Positions 20,752 through 30,237 of a stretch of 64,000 bases of DNA are shown in pieces. Position 1 is the first letter of the stretch, and every line of letters begins with the position of its first letter. The position numbers and the translations under genes are program-made. The DNA lies in assembly GCA_965238005.1 (NCBI GenBank), contig OZ250165.1, positions 1,312,001 through 1,376,000 on the forward strand, given 5' to 3'. The notes below the pieces were generated by a model. The model ran no database searches. It saw nothing but the letters and a program-made list of their open reading frames with translations, and had not been told where the DNA came from. The stretch comes from Longimicrobiales bacterium. GTDB lineage: Bacteria; Gemmatimonadota; Gemmatimonadetes; Longimicrobiales; Gaopeijiaceae.

Positions 20752-21708
20752 TCAGGATCCGAGGAGAAAAGCGGCGTGCCGGGCCAAGCCTTGTGCTCCC
20801 AGCGACCGGTTGCGCAGGACACGGAGCTTCCTCGGCAAGAATGGCAGGCCCGGAATCTCTGAGTACGCCCGGAGGAGTCGTTGGTCCTCGGTCGAGAGCA
20901 GAGGGCCGTACTGGAGGAGGAACGCCTCGGCCTGTCTGGCAGTGGTCTGAATGCAGCGGCGGATCTCCTCGCCTCGACTTCTGGTGCGGAACGCCATTCC
21001 GGCCATCCGCAACAGACTCCACGGGCCGCCGCGATCCCTCCCGGTACTATTCGACTCATGGCGGCGATACAGCACGGTGGGTTCATGCAACGCAATAGCA
21101 CGTCCGAACGCCGAGGCGACCAGGGCGATCCACGTGTCTTGGTAGACGGCTCCTTCGGGGATCGGGCGAGCGAGGTCGAGGAGCGGGCGGTTGATCAGCA
21201 TCGTCGGACCCGTCACGACATTATGAGCGAGGAGTCGGCACAAGGAGACCGGCTCAGGACTGATCCGAAGGTGGCGCCAGAGTGAGTCCCGGATGGTCTG
21301 GAGCCGCTCGTCCACGACTACTAAGTCCGTGTGAACGAGGACCGGCCCTGGATGTGACTCGGCGCGGAGCATGGCAGCCAACGACAGCTCCATCTTCTCG
21401 GGCATCCAGACGTCGTCGGCGTCTGAGAAAAAGACGTATCGGGACTCACCCGAAAGCTGCTCCAGGAGCCACCCGAAACCGGGTCCCGCGCCGAGGCGCT
21501 GTCCGTCGGGCGGGAATACGTGGATTCGGTCATCCTCGCCGGCTATTTGCTCCACGACCTTCAGGCTGTCGTCCGAAGAACCGTCGTCTCTGATCCAGAG
21601 GCGCCAGTCCTGGTGCGTTTGGCTCTGAATGCTCCGGATCTGCTCGGCGATGAACCGCGCTCCGTTGTGGACGCAGAGAACGATATCCACCGCCACCGCG
21701 CGAGTCAT
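20752..21708 (-). CDS. Glycosyltransferase family 2 (RgpB-like rhamnosyltransferase)
   Basis: HNGARFIAEQIRSI, DDGSSD, FSDADDVW, YRRHESN. Confidence 0.88.
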   Translation of the reverse strand: MTRAVAVDIVLCVHNGARFIAEQIRSIQSQTHQDWRLWIRDDGSSDDSLKVVEQIAGEDDRIHVFPPDGQRLGAGPGFGWLLEQLSGESRYVFFSDADDVWMPEKMELSLAAMLRAESHPGPVLVHTDLVVVDERLQTIRDSLWRHLRISPEPVSLCRLLAHNVVTGPTMLINRPLLDLARPIPEGAVYQDTWIALVASAFGRAIALHEPTVLYRRHESNSTGRDRGGPWSLLRMAGMAFRTRSRGEEIRRCIQTTARQAEAFLLQYGPLLSTEDQRLLRAYSEIPGLPFLPRKLRVLRNRSLGAQGLARHAAFLLGS

Positions 21709-23045
21709 GCGCTCATCTCCGGCCCAGACCTCATCTCCGACCCAGGCCCAGCCGAGCCGAAGGATCCGCCCTTCCTCTTGAAGAGGGCCACCAGACAGCC
21801 CGCCACGAAGAGCTCAGCCATCATGACGGAGATGGCCATGCCCATGGCTCCGTAACGGGGCACGAGGAACACCGCCAGGATAATGTTGAGCATGCCCGCC
21901 GCCAACACAAACAGGTAGAAGGGCCTCTCCAACCCCACAGGGAGGGCCCATTGAATTCCGAGCAACGTGCCCACGGCGATGGTTGGAGGAAGGATGGCGA
22001 GGATCCTGAGCACCGGAATGGCAGCCTCATATCCCGGACCCAAGATCACCCTGACGAGAAGGGGCGCCCCGACGGCCGCCGCGGTTCCCATCAAGATCCC
22101 CAATCCCCCGAGGCCCACCATACCCGCCGTCAAGAGCCGACCGGCACGCCTAGTGTCCGTGACGGCCAGGTGGCTCATGCGCGGAAACAGCGTCTGGGAG
22201 AGGGGGTGCAGAAGGTTGATGGCAGCCCGGATGATTCTCTCCGCTCCTCCGAAAAACGCGACGACTTGGGGGGTGGTGAGCAGCCCCAGTACCAAGGCGT
22301 TAGCCTGCTGATAAAGGCCCGAGGAGGCCCGAAAAACGAACACCCCTGCGGAATCTTTCAGAGTCTGAACGGCGTGAGCGAGTCCGGGTCGCCGGAGCGG
22401 GATCTCCCTGTACATCCAGGTGGTAAGCCAAATCAGGGCTACGGTCGCCGCAATCGCCTGAAGGGCCAGAACCCGCCATCCGTGCTCTGGAGTCCTCACC
22501 CAAATGAACACCCCGAGCGCAGCCAGGATCTTTGCACCGGCATCCAATGCCGAGGGGGCCCGCATACGTTCCAGGCCCAGGAAATACCAGATCGGGCTTA
22601 GCCCGCGGGCCACGGCAAAGGCGCCGGCCCAGAGTAGGAGGGCAGGTTCTCGCTGAAACGTCGGAGCGGCCATGTACACGGCGATAAGGCCAACCGGTAC
22701 GCAGGGGAGGATCAAGAGCTTGGCCCCCTGCACGCCGGCCACGACCTCGGAGAGTCGTGACTGATCTGCGCCGACTCGAGCCACGGCCCGCGTACCTGAC
22801 AGATCGAAGCCATACTCCGTGACGAGGGCCAACCATGCTCCAAACGATTGGGCGAATAACACGAGCCCCCAACCTGTCGGCCTAAGAACCCGGGCCAGAT
22901 ACGGGATCGTCAGAAGGGGAACGATCAGTCCGGCGACATGAGCGGCGTAGAGGGCCGTAGCGTTCGCAGCCATGCCGCTCCCCCTGACTTCCGCGAGCAG
23001 GTTCCCGTACCGGTGGTCTGGAGGTCTCTCGTTCGGTTCTTCCAT
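21705..23045 (-). CDS. Wzx-type oligosaccharide flippase
   Basis: PLLTIPYLARVL, EYGF, about 12 TM segments. Confidence 0.85.
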   Translation of the reverse strand: MEEPNERPPDHRYGNLLAEVRGSGMAANATALYAAHVAGLIVPLLTIPYLARVLRPTGWGLVLFAQSFGAWLALVTEYGFDLSGTRAVARVGADQSRLSEVVAGVQGAKLLILPCVPVGLIAVYMAAPTFQREPALLLWAGAFAVARGLSPIWYFLGLERMRAPSALDAGAKILAALGVFIWVRTPEHGWRVLALQAIAATVALIWLTTWMYREIPLRRPGLAHAVQTLKDSAGVFVFRASSGLYQQANALVLGLLTTPQVVAFFGGAERIIRAAINLLHPLSQTLFPRMSHLAVTDTRRAGRLLTAGMVGLGGLGILMGTAAAVGAPLLVRVILGPGYEAAIPVLRILAILPPTIAVGTLLGIQWALPVGLERPFYLFVLAAGMLNIILAVFLVPRYGAMGMAISVMMAELFVAGCLVALFKRKGGSFGSAGPGSEMRSGPEMSA

Positions 23046-23254
23046 GTGGGCATGAAGCTATGCGGCGCACCGGGGATGGCACAGGCGGGTTACTCCAACA
23101 GAAGCGGATGTCCCGGCCGTCCTCTTCAGTCGTCTGGGCTCATAAGCCGCAGCGTGGAGGCAACGGCTCGGAGGAAGATGCCCAGGGCGCCATGTCCAGT
23201 AGGAACTGAGAGGCCCGCCCACCAGGCCGCCGATTCTTCCGAGTTCAGCTTCGG

Positions 23255-23270
23255 AGAGATACGTATCTCT
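23255..23270. promoter_or_regulatory. Perfect 16-bp palindrome, candidate operator
   Basis: AGAGATACGTATCTCT upstream of the PIN remnant and divergent from the flippase. Confidence 0.45.
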
Positions 23271-23319
23271 ATATCGTGAGTATACGTACGAACGTTGCAT
23301 GTCCAAGAAGGTCCGGTAA

Positions 23320-23480
23320 GTGCTCACCGACCTCCTTCACGTGGTCAAAGTCGTCCCCGTAGACGAGGACCGCGTTCGGCATCCTCTGGTACTGAACGGG
23401 ACGGATTTCGACGATGCTGTTCAGGCAGCCTGCGCAGAGAAGGCCGAGGCCGACTATCTCGTGACCGAGACAAGGAGGCG
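23320..23480 (+). pseudogene. C-terminal fragment of a PIN-domain toxin
   Basis: DFDDAVQAACAEKAEADYLVT resembles the PIN C-terminal DFEDA..AA.....AD.IVT pattern; N-terminus absent. Confidence 0.6.
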
Positions 23481-23641
23481 CACTGTGGGCCGGTGCCCGG
23501 CCAACGAGATGGGCGTATCGGGGCCCTCGGGTTGCCGCCAACATCTGGCATGGCCCCGAGCGGGTTACTACGTTGCGCATCCGCCTCAATGAACCATCAC
23601 CCGTCGACTTCGTTGGACTGCCCCAGCGGGAGGAACCGCTC

Positions 23642-24991
23642 ATGTCACACCCCCGGACCAGCATCCTAGGCGCTGTTGCCGTCGTGGTTGCTCTAGCCAC
23701 CCTCGCCCCAAGGCCTTCCGAGGCTCAGTGGACCCCCATGAAGCGGGGGAGCGACAACATCGAAGTGCTGGGACACCTGCCCTTGGGCCCCGCCCTCAAC
23801 GTCGCGGACATGGACGTGGAGCAGGAGCTCTCCCGGCCCTATGCGTACGTGGGCCGTATGGTCTATGGGGGCGTGGGCGAGAAGGGCATGGACGTCATCA
23901 GCATCGAGGACCCGGGGCATCCTGAGCTCCTCTACGAGTGGCGCATCGACGAGCCGGATCTGCACCTCGGCCGGGGCGGGATGGACGTCAAGCACTTCAA
24001 GGTGAACGGCCGCTACTACGTGATCCAGTCGGTCCAGTTCGGCCAGGGTGGTCCGGATTCGGACATGGGCGGCGTCGTCCTCGACGTCACCGGCCTGCCC
24101 GACGTGTCCACGGTTCGCGAGGTCGCCAGGATCCGAGAGCCTCTCATGCCGGGTGGCTTCCACAACATCTTCGTCTACAAGCACTCCGACGGCCGCGTGC
24201 TGCTGTTCGCCACCGTGTCAGGCCCCTTTGCCCAAGTGTACGACCTCGGCAAGGTCGTTCAGGGCGCTTCCGCCGAGGAGGCCCTTGCCGGCCGTGTGCC
24301 CAATCCCAGCGCTGGTGAGGGCCGGGGCAACCGGGGCTACCACGACTTCTACGTGGGCTACCATCCCGACACTGACCAGGATCGCTTCTATGGTGGCGGC
24401 GGTGGCGGCTACTACATCTACAACGTCACCGACCTCGAGGAGCCTGAGCTACTGATCACCCTCACGGGCGTCAGTGGGGTTCGGGGCGGGCACACGTTCA
24501 CGCCGGGACCCAATGGCAGGTACGTGGTGGCCGAGACGGAGTACCAGTTCGCACCGCTCCGGATCTTCGACCTGCAGCCCGCCCTGGATGGGGAGACCAC
24601 CAACCTCCGCCGACCCATCTCGGGCTGGACGGCCGACTACAGGAACCTGACCCACAACCACGAGATTCGGTGGCCGCTGGTGTTCGTGTCCGGTTACCTG
24701 GACGGACTGCAGATCTTCAGCCTACAGGATCCCCACAATCCGGTGACCGTGGGCTACTACGACACGTACATCGGCCCTCGCGCGACCGAGACCAACCCCG
24801 TGTTCAACGGTGCGTTCGGAGTCGATGTCCGGAACGCCGACGGCCTGATCATGATCAGCGACATGAGCACCGGGTTCTGGACGTTCCGCATGGACGGCTT
24901 CCAGGGCTGGAACGGGAAGCAGTGGGGTGTGCCCGATATCTCCAGCGCCCAGAAGTGGGACGAGCCCGTACGGCGCCCCATCAGCGAGTAG
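23642..24991 (+). CDS. Secreted LVIVD-like beta-propeller protein, copy 1
   Basis: Signal peptide ending SEA-Q; repeated LDVTG/YNVTD/LQIFSLQDP blades; FHN, YHD, GHT, HNHE. Confidence 0.8.
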   Translation: MSHPRTSILGAVAVVVALATLAPRPSEAQWTPMKRGSDNIEVLGHLPLGPALNVADMDVEQELSRPYAYVGRMVYGGVGEKGMDVISIEDPGHPELLYEWRIDEPDLHLGRGGMDVKHFKVNGRYYVIQSVQFGQGGPDSDMGGVVLDVTGLPDVSTVREVARIREPLMPGGFHNIFVYKHSDGRVLLFATVSGPFAQVYDLGKVVQGASAEEALAGRVPNPSAGEGRGNRGYHDFYVGYHPDTDQDRFYGGGGGGYYIYNVTDLEEPELLITLTGVSGVRGGHTFTPGPNGRYVVAETEYQFAPLRIFDLQPALDGETTNLRRPISGWTADYRNLTHNHEIRWPLVFVSGYLDGLQIFSLQDPHNPVTVGYYDTYIGPRATETNPVFNGAFGVDVRNADGLIMISDMSTGFWTFRMDGFQGWNGKQWGVPDISSAQKWDEPVRRPISE

Positions 24992-25365
24992 AGCGAGTCG
25001 ACGGACTTTTCAGCGTAAGGACTTTTCGGGCCGAGCGCGGTGGCCGCGTTGCTATTCCTCGTCGTCGCGCCTGACCCACGCCTAACGGCGCGGGTACCTT
25101 GGATCCGGCGCCTCGGCACTCTCGGTGGCTCGCGAACTCCTGAGACACCACACCAGTAGCGGGAGGGGAGGAGTGCCCCGTAGCTTGTCGGGCACTTCGA
25201 CCGACGCGTGCCGGCCCGAACGGCGCTTCATCTACACTGAGAGAGTTCTCCATGTCACGTCCACAGACCAGCATCTCGGGGGGGAGCGCGGCCCTAGGTT
25301 GTCTCGTCCGTTTTATCTTTGTTGCGCCCCCGCCAGGCACGTCATCTCCATCGGGAGGACCGCTC

Positions 25366-26712
25366 ATGTGGTACCGTCCTTCAACCCTCGTCGGCGCGGC
25401 CTCGACCGTCTTCGCTCTGCTCGTCTTTTCCGGGGCTCCGGCGTCCGCGCAGTGGACGGCCCTGAACCGGGGCAGCGACAACGTCGAGGTACTGGGGCAT
25501 CTTCCTCTGGGTCCGCACCTCAACGTCTCGGACATGGACGTGGAGCAGGAGCTCTCCCGACCCTACGCCTATGTTTCCCGCATGGTTTGGGGAGACGGCG
25601 GCGAAAAGGGCATGGACATCGTCAGCATCGAGGACCCTGAGCATCCTGAGCTCATCTATGAGTGGCGCATCGAGGAGCAGGACCTGCACGTAGGGACCGG
25701 TGGGATGGACGTGAAGCACTTCAAGGTGAACGGCCGCTATTACGTGGTGCAGTCCGTGCAATTCGGGCAGGGCGGCCCCGATTCGGACATGGGCGCGGTC
25801 GTGCTGGACGTGACGGGCCTTCCCGATCCCTCGACGGTGCGGGAGGTGGCGAGGATCCGGGAGCCACTCCTTCCTGGTGGGTTCCACAACATCTTCGTCT
25901 ACAAACACTCCGACGGTAGGGTCTTGCTGTTCACCACGGTTTCGGGACCCTACTCCCACGTGTACGACCTCGGTCTAGTGGTGGAGGGCGAGAGCGCCGA
26001 GAACGCCCTAGTGGGCCGCGTGCCCGGTCCCGAGCGCCAAGGCGGCGGGTCGGCCTATCACGACATCTACGTGGGCTACCATCCCGACACCGACCAGGAC
26101 CGTTTCTACGGGGGTGGAACGGGCGGCTACTACATCTACGACGTCACGGACATCGAGAACCCAAAATTGGAGATCACCTTGACGGGGATCCGAGGGGTAG
26201 GCCGCGGGCATACGTTCACGCCGAGTCCCGACGGGCGCTACGTCGTGGCCGAGGTCGAGTACCAGTTCGCGCCGCTCAGGATCTTCGACTTGCAGCCGGC
26301 CCTGGACGGCAGGGTGACGAATATCAACCAGCCCATCGCGGGCTGGACGGCCGACTACGAGAACCTGGTGCACAATCACGAAGTCCGCTGGCCCTTCGTC
26401 TTCGCAGCGTCCTACCTGGACGGGCTCTCGATCTTCAACCTGCAGGATCCGTCGAATCCGGTGACCGTGGGTTACTACGACACCTACATCGGTCCCCGGG
26501 GGACCAGGAGCGCCATCGTCGGAGGTGCTTTCGGGGTGGACATCCGCAACGCCGACGGCCTGATCGTCGTGAGCGACATGAGCACCGGCCTCTGGACCTT
26601 CCGCATGGATGGCTTCCAGGGGTGGAACGGGGAGCAGTGGGGCATGCCCGACATCTCCAGCGCCCAGAAGTGGGACGAGCCGCGGCGGAGGCCTATCAGC
26701 GAGCAGCACTAG
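25366..26712 (+). CDS. Secreted LVIVD-like beta-propeller protein, copy 2
   Basis: Close paralog of copy 1; GGGAGG RBS. Confidence 0.8.
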   Translation: MWYRPSTLVGAASTVFALLVFSGAPASAQWTALNRGSDNVEVLGHLPLGPHLNVSDMDVEQELSRPYAYVSRMVWGDGGEKGMDIVSIEDPEHPELIYEWRIEEQDLHVGTGGMDVKHFKVNGRYYVVQSVQFGQGGPDSDMGAVVLDVTGLPDPSTVREVARIREPLLPGGFHNIFVYKHSDGRVLLFTTVSGPYSHVYDLGLVVEGESAENALVGRVPGPERQGGGSAYHDIYVGYHPDTDQDRFYGGGTGGYYIYDVTDIENPKLEITLTGIRGVGRGHTFTPSPDGRYVVAEVEYQFAPLRIFDLQPALDGRVTNINQPIAGWTADYENLVHNHEVRWPFVFAASYLDGLSIFNLQDPSNPVTVGYYDTYIGPRGTRSAIVGGAFGVDIRNADGLIVVSDMSTGLWTFRMDGFQGWNGEQWGMPDISSAQKWDEPRRRPISEQH

Positions 26713-26746
26713 ACCATCACATCATCTTCAGCGGGAGGGACCGCTC

Positions 26747-28093
26747 ATGTCGCACACTCGGCCAACCCTCATCTCCGTGGCGTTCGTGATCGCGGTAATG
26801 ATCGCCCTGGTCGTGGCACCCGTTTCGGCACAGTGGACTCCCATGAAGCGGGGCAGCGACAACATCGAGGTCGTGGGCCACCTGCCGCTGGGGCCGCCCT
26901 TGAGCGTCTCGGACATGGACGTGGAGCAGGAGCTGTCCCGTCCGTACGCCTACGTGTCACGGATGCGCTACGGCGTCGCCGGCCCCAAGGGCATGGACAT
27001 CATCAGCATCGAGGACCCGGCCAACCCCCAGATCATCTACGAGTGGCGGATCGAAGAGCAGGATCTGCACCTCGGGACGGGCGGGATGGACGCCAAGCAC
27101 TTCAAGCTGGGCGATCGCTACTACGTGGTGCAGTCGACCCAGTTCGGCCAGGGTGGACCCAACTCCGACATGGGCGCCGTGGTGCTCGACGTCACAGGAC
27201 TACCCGATCCGTCGACGGTTCGGGAGGTGGCGCGGATCCGGGAGCCGCTCCGCCCCGGCGGCTTCCACAACATCTTCATCTACAAGCACTCCGATGGCCG
27301 TGTGCTTCTGTTCGCCACCGTTTCCGGGCCTGTCGCCAACATCTATGACCTCGCGCTCGTGGTGGATGGTGCGGACGCCGAGACCGCGCTCGTGGGGGAG
27401 GTCCCCGTGCCAGAGCAGCCCGAGGGCAGCTTCACGATGGGCTATCACGACTTCTACGTCGCATACCACCCCGACACCGACCAGGACCGCTTCTACGGGG
27501 GTGGTGGGGGCGGCTACTACATCTACGACGTGAGCGACCCGGCGAATCCCGAGCTTGCCATCTCCCTGACTGGAATCCGCGGCGTGTCCTGGGGACACAC
27601 CTTCACCCCGAGCCCTGACGGGCGCTACGTCGTCGCCGAGGCCGAGTACCGCTTCGCCCCGCTGCGGATCTTCGACCTGCAGCCAGCCCTGGATGGCCGG
27701 GTGAGCAACATCAACCGGCCCATCTCGGGTTGGACGGCGGACTACGACAACCTGGTCCACAACCACGAGGTCCGCTGGCCATGGCTGTTCGTGACGGGCT
27801 ACCTGGACGGGCTCCAGGTGGTGAACCTGCAGGATCCGTCGAACCCCGTGACGGTGGGGTACTATGACACCTACCTGGGCGTCCGGGACCCGGCCCGGTG
27901 CCAGGAGTGCAACGGCTCCTTCGGAATCGACGTCCGGAACGCCGACGGCCTCATCGTAATGAGCGACATGAGCACCGGCTTCTGGACCTTCCGGATGGAC
28001 GGCTTCCAGGGCTGGAACGGCGAGCAGTGGATGCCCGATATCTCGAGCGCCCAGAAGTGGGACGAGCCGGTGCGGAGGCCCATCAGCCAGTAG
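26747..28093 (+). CDS. Secreted LVIVD-like beta-propeller protein, copy 3 (CQEC loop)
   Basis: Close paralog of copy 1; GGGAGG RBS. Confidence 0.8.
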   Translation: MSHTRPTLISVAFVIAVMIALVVAPVSAQWTPMKRGSDNIEVVGHLPLGPPLSVSDMDVEQELSRPYAYVSRMRYGVAGPKGMDIISIEDPANPQIIYEWRIEEQDLHLGTGGMDAKHFKLGDRYYVVQSTQFGQGGPNSDMGAVVLDVTGLPDPSTVREVARIREPLRPGGFHNIFIYKHSDGRVLLFATVSGPVANIYDLALVVDGADAETALVGEVPVPEQPEGSFTMGYHDFYVAYHPDTDQDRFYGGGGGGYYIYDVSDPANPELAISLTGIRGVSWGHTFTPSPDGRYVVAEAEYRFAPLRIFDLQPALDGRVSNINRPISGWTADYDNLVHNHEVRWPWLFVTGYLDGLQVVNLQDPSNPVTVGYYDTYLGVRDPARCQECNGSFGIDVRNADGLIVMSDMSTGFWTFRMDGFQGWNGEQWMPDISSAQKWDEPVRRPISQ

Positions 28094-28266
28094 CTCTCCC
28101 TACCTCGGTGAGCAGGTCCCCGGGGGTCCATCGGCGTCAACAAACAGCACGCGCGAGCCGTCTACATATGCTTACTGGCGACGTTCACCGCGCCTTGTAC
28201 ATTATGGTGCACGTCAGTGACAGCACTCACTGAAGGCAGCGCTTCACTCAAGTGGGAGAATGACCC

Positions 28267-29616
28267 ATGCAGCGCCCTCGGACTAGCAGTCTCGTTACGG
28301 TTGCTATCCTCACGACTCTCGCGATCACCCTGCCCGCCCAGGCGTCGGCGCAGTCGACCCCCCTGAAGCGGGGTAGTGACAATATTCATGTGCTGGGGCA
28401 TCTCCCCCTGGGGCCCGCCCTGAACGTGTCGGACATGGACGTGGAGCAGGAGCTGTCCCGTCCGTACGCGTACGTCGGCCGGATGCGGTACGGTGATGCC
28501 GGTCCGCGAGGGCTCGACATCATCAGCATCGAGGACCCCTCGCACCCGGAGATCCTCTACGAGTGGCGTATCGAGGACCAGGAGCTCCACTTGGGCACGG
28601 GTGCCATGGACGTGAAGCACTTCAAGGTCGACGGACGCTACTACGTGGTGCAGTCGCTACAATTCGGCCAGGGTGGCCCGGACTCGGATCTGGGAGCGGT
28701 CGTCCTGGACGTCAACGGACTACCCGACCCGTCCACGGTTCGTGAGGTCGCGCGGATCCGGGAGCCCCTGCTTCCCGGCGGCTTCCACAACATATTCATC
28801 TACAAGCACTCCGACGGCAGGGTGCTACTCTTCGCCACCGTCAGCGGGCCGTATGCAAACGTGTACGACCTGGGCAAGGTCGTTCGGGGAGCCTCGGCCG
28901 AGGAGGCCCTGGCCGGTCGGGTGCCCAACCCGCAGTCGGCCGAGACAGGCGGCAACCGGGGGTACCACGATTTCTACGTCGGCTACCATCCCGACACCGA
29001 TGAGGACCGCTTCTACGGTGGCGGCGGAGGCGGCTACTACATCCTCGACATCACGGATCTGTCGGATCCGCAGGTGCGCATCACGCTCACGGGCGTCAGC
29101 GGTGTGCGCGGTGGCCATACCTTCACTCCGAGCCCCGACGGCCGGTACGTGGTCGCGGAGACCGAATACGAATTCGCCCCCCTCAGATTCTTCGACCTGA
29201 AGCCGGCGCTGGACGGCGAAACGACCAACATCAGGCGGCCCATCTCCGGATGGACATCCAACTACAAGAACCTGGTCCACAACCACGAGGTCCGGTGGCC
29301 CTGGCTGTTCGTGTCCGGATATCTGGACGGCCTTCAGGTCGTGAACCTGCAGGATCCGACGAATCCCGTTTCAGTGGGGTACTACGACACCTATATCGGG
29401 CCGCGCAGCACCACCCGCACGCCCGTGTTCAACGGCGCCTTCGGTATAGACGTCAGAAACGCGGACGGGCTAATTTTGATCAGCGATATGAGCACGGGGT
29501 TCTGGACCTTCCGGATGGATGGGTTCCAGGGCTGGAACGGTGAGCAGTGGGGGATGCCCGACATCTCCAGTGCTCAGAAGTGGGATGCGCCCGTGCGTCG
29601 TCCTATCAGCGAGTAG
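28267..29616 (+). CDS. Secreted LVIVD-like beta-propeller protein, copy 4
   Basis: Close paralog of copy 1; GGAG RBS. Confidence 0.8.
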   Translation: MQRPRTSSLVTVAILTTLAITLPAQASAQSTPLKRGSDNIHVLGHLPLGPALNVSDMDVEQELSRPYAYVGRMRYGDAGPRGLDIISIEDPSHPEILYEWRIEDQELHLGTGAMDVKHFKVDGRYYVVQSLQFGQGGPDSDLGAVVLDVNGLPDPSTVREVARIREPLLPGGFHNIFIYKHSDGRVLLFATVSGPYANVYDLGKVVRGASAEEALAGRVPNPQSAETGGNRGYHDFYVGYHPDTDEDRFYGGGGGGYYILDITDLSDPQVRITLTGVSGVRGGHTFTPSPDGRYVVAETEYEFAPLRFFDLKPALDGETTNIRRPISGWTSNYKNLVHNHEVRWPWLFVSGYLDGLQVVNLQDPTNPVSVGYYDTYIGPRSTTRTPVFNGAFGIDVRNADGLILISDMSTGFWTFRMDGFQGWNGEQWGMPDISSAQKWDAPVRRPISE

Positions 29617-29619
29617 ATC

Positions 29620-30156
29620 ATGACCGTCTTTATTCCTCTCGCGGTGGCCATACTGGAGGCTGTCGGTCCGGTGACGCCCGGCATGTGTGTCGCCACCTTC
29701 AGCGATTCTCCGGTGTTCTACCAGGTGGAGCTGGTGACCACCAAGCGGGTCGCCGGCTCGGGGATGGCCACGGGCGTGGGCGAAGTCACGTTCACTCCTT
29801 CGCCCTTTGGCGTGAACCTGACCCAGAACGGTGACTACGTCCGCGATGTCGCGATCAGCGTAACCGCTTTGAAGGCACCATCCAAGGGCTCGTACGTGGC
29901 CTGGGTGACGACTCCCTCGTTGGACCGGACGAAGCGGCTCGGCGTCCTGGGTGCCGACGGTAGGGTCCACGGTCAGGTCGAGTACAACAAGTTCCTCCTG
30001 GTCATCTCTCTGGAAGACGACGACGGCTCGTCCTCCGAGCGCTGGAAGGGTCCGATCGTGCTCCGAGGCATGTCCAGGAGTGGGGCGATGCACACCTCCG
30101 CCGGGCATGGTCCCTTCGTGCAGGAGAATTGCATCGGGTACGGCTTCAACGGGTAG
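29620..30156 (+). CDS. Small, probably exported hypothetical protein (weak RskA C-terminal-like pattern)
   Basis: Starts 3 bp after copy 4; YVAW...FLLVISLE...GPIVLRG; MHTSAGH. Confidence 0.65.
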   Translation: MTVFIPLAVAILEAVGPVTPGMCVATFSDSPVFYQVELVTTKRVAGSGMATGVGEVTFTPSPFGVNLTQNGDYVRDVAISVTALKAPSKGSYVAWVTTPSLDRTKRLGVLGADGRVHGQVEYNKFLLVISLEDDDGSSSERWKGPIVLRGMSRSGAMHTSAGHGPFVQENCIGYGFNG

Positions 30157-30237
30157 GCAGACGACTCGTTCACACCGGTCATCCCCGTCGGTCTCGGTCA
30201 TCCGTGGGCCGACGGGGATGTTTCGCTTTCAACTGAA

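Noticed and set aside
25003..25027. GGACTTTTC direct repeat between copies 1 and 2
   Set aside because: Only two short copies and no other support
23642..29616. Diversity-generating retroelement behind the loop variation
   Set aside because: No reverse transcriptase or template repeat seen; differences include indels and are not obviously adenine-specific
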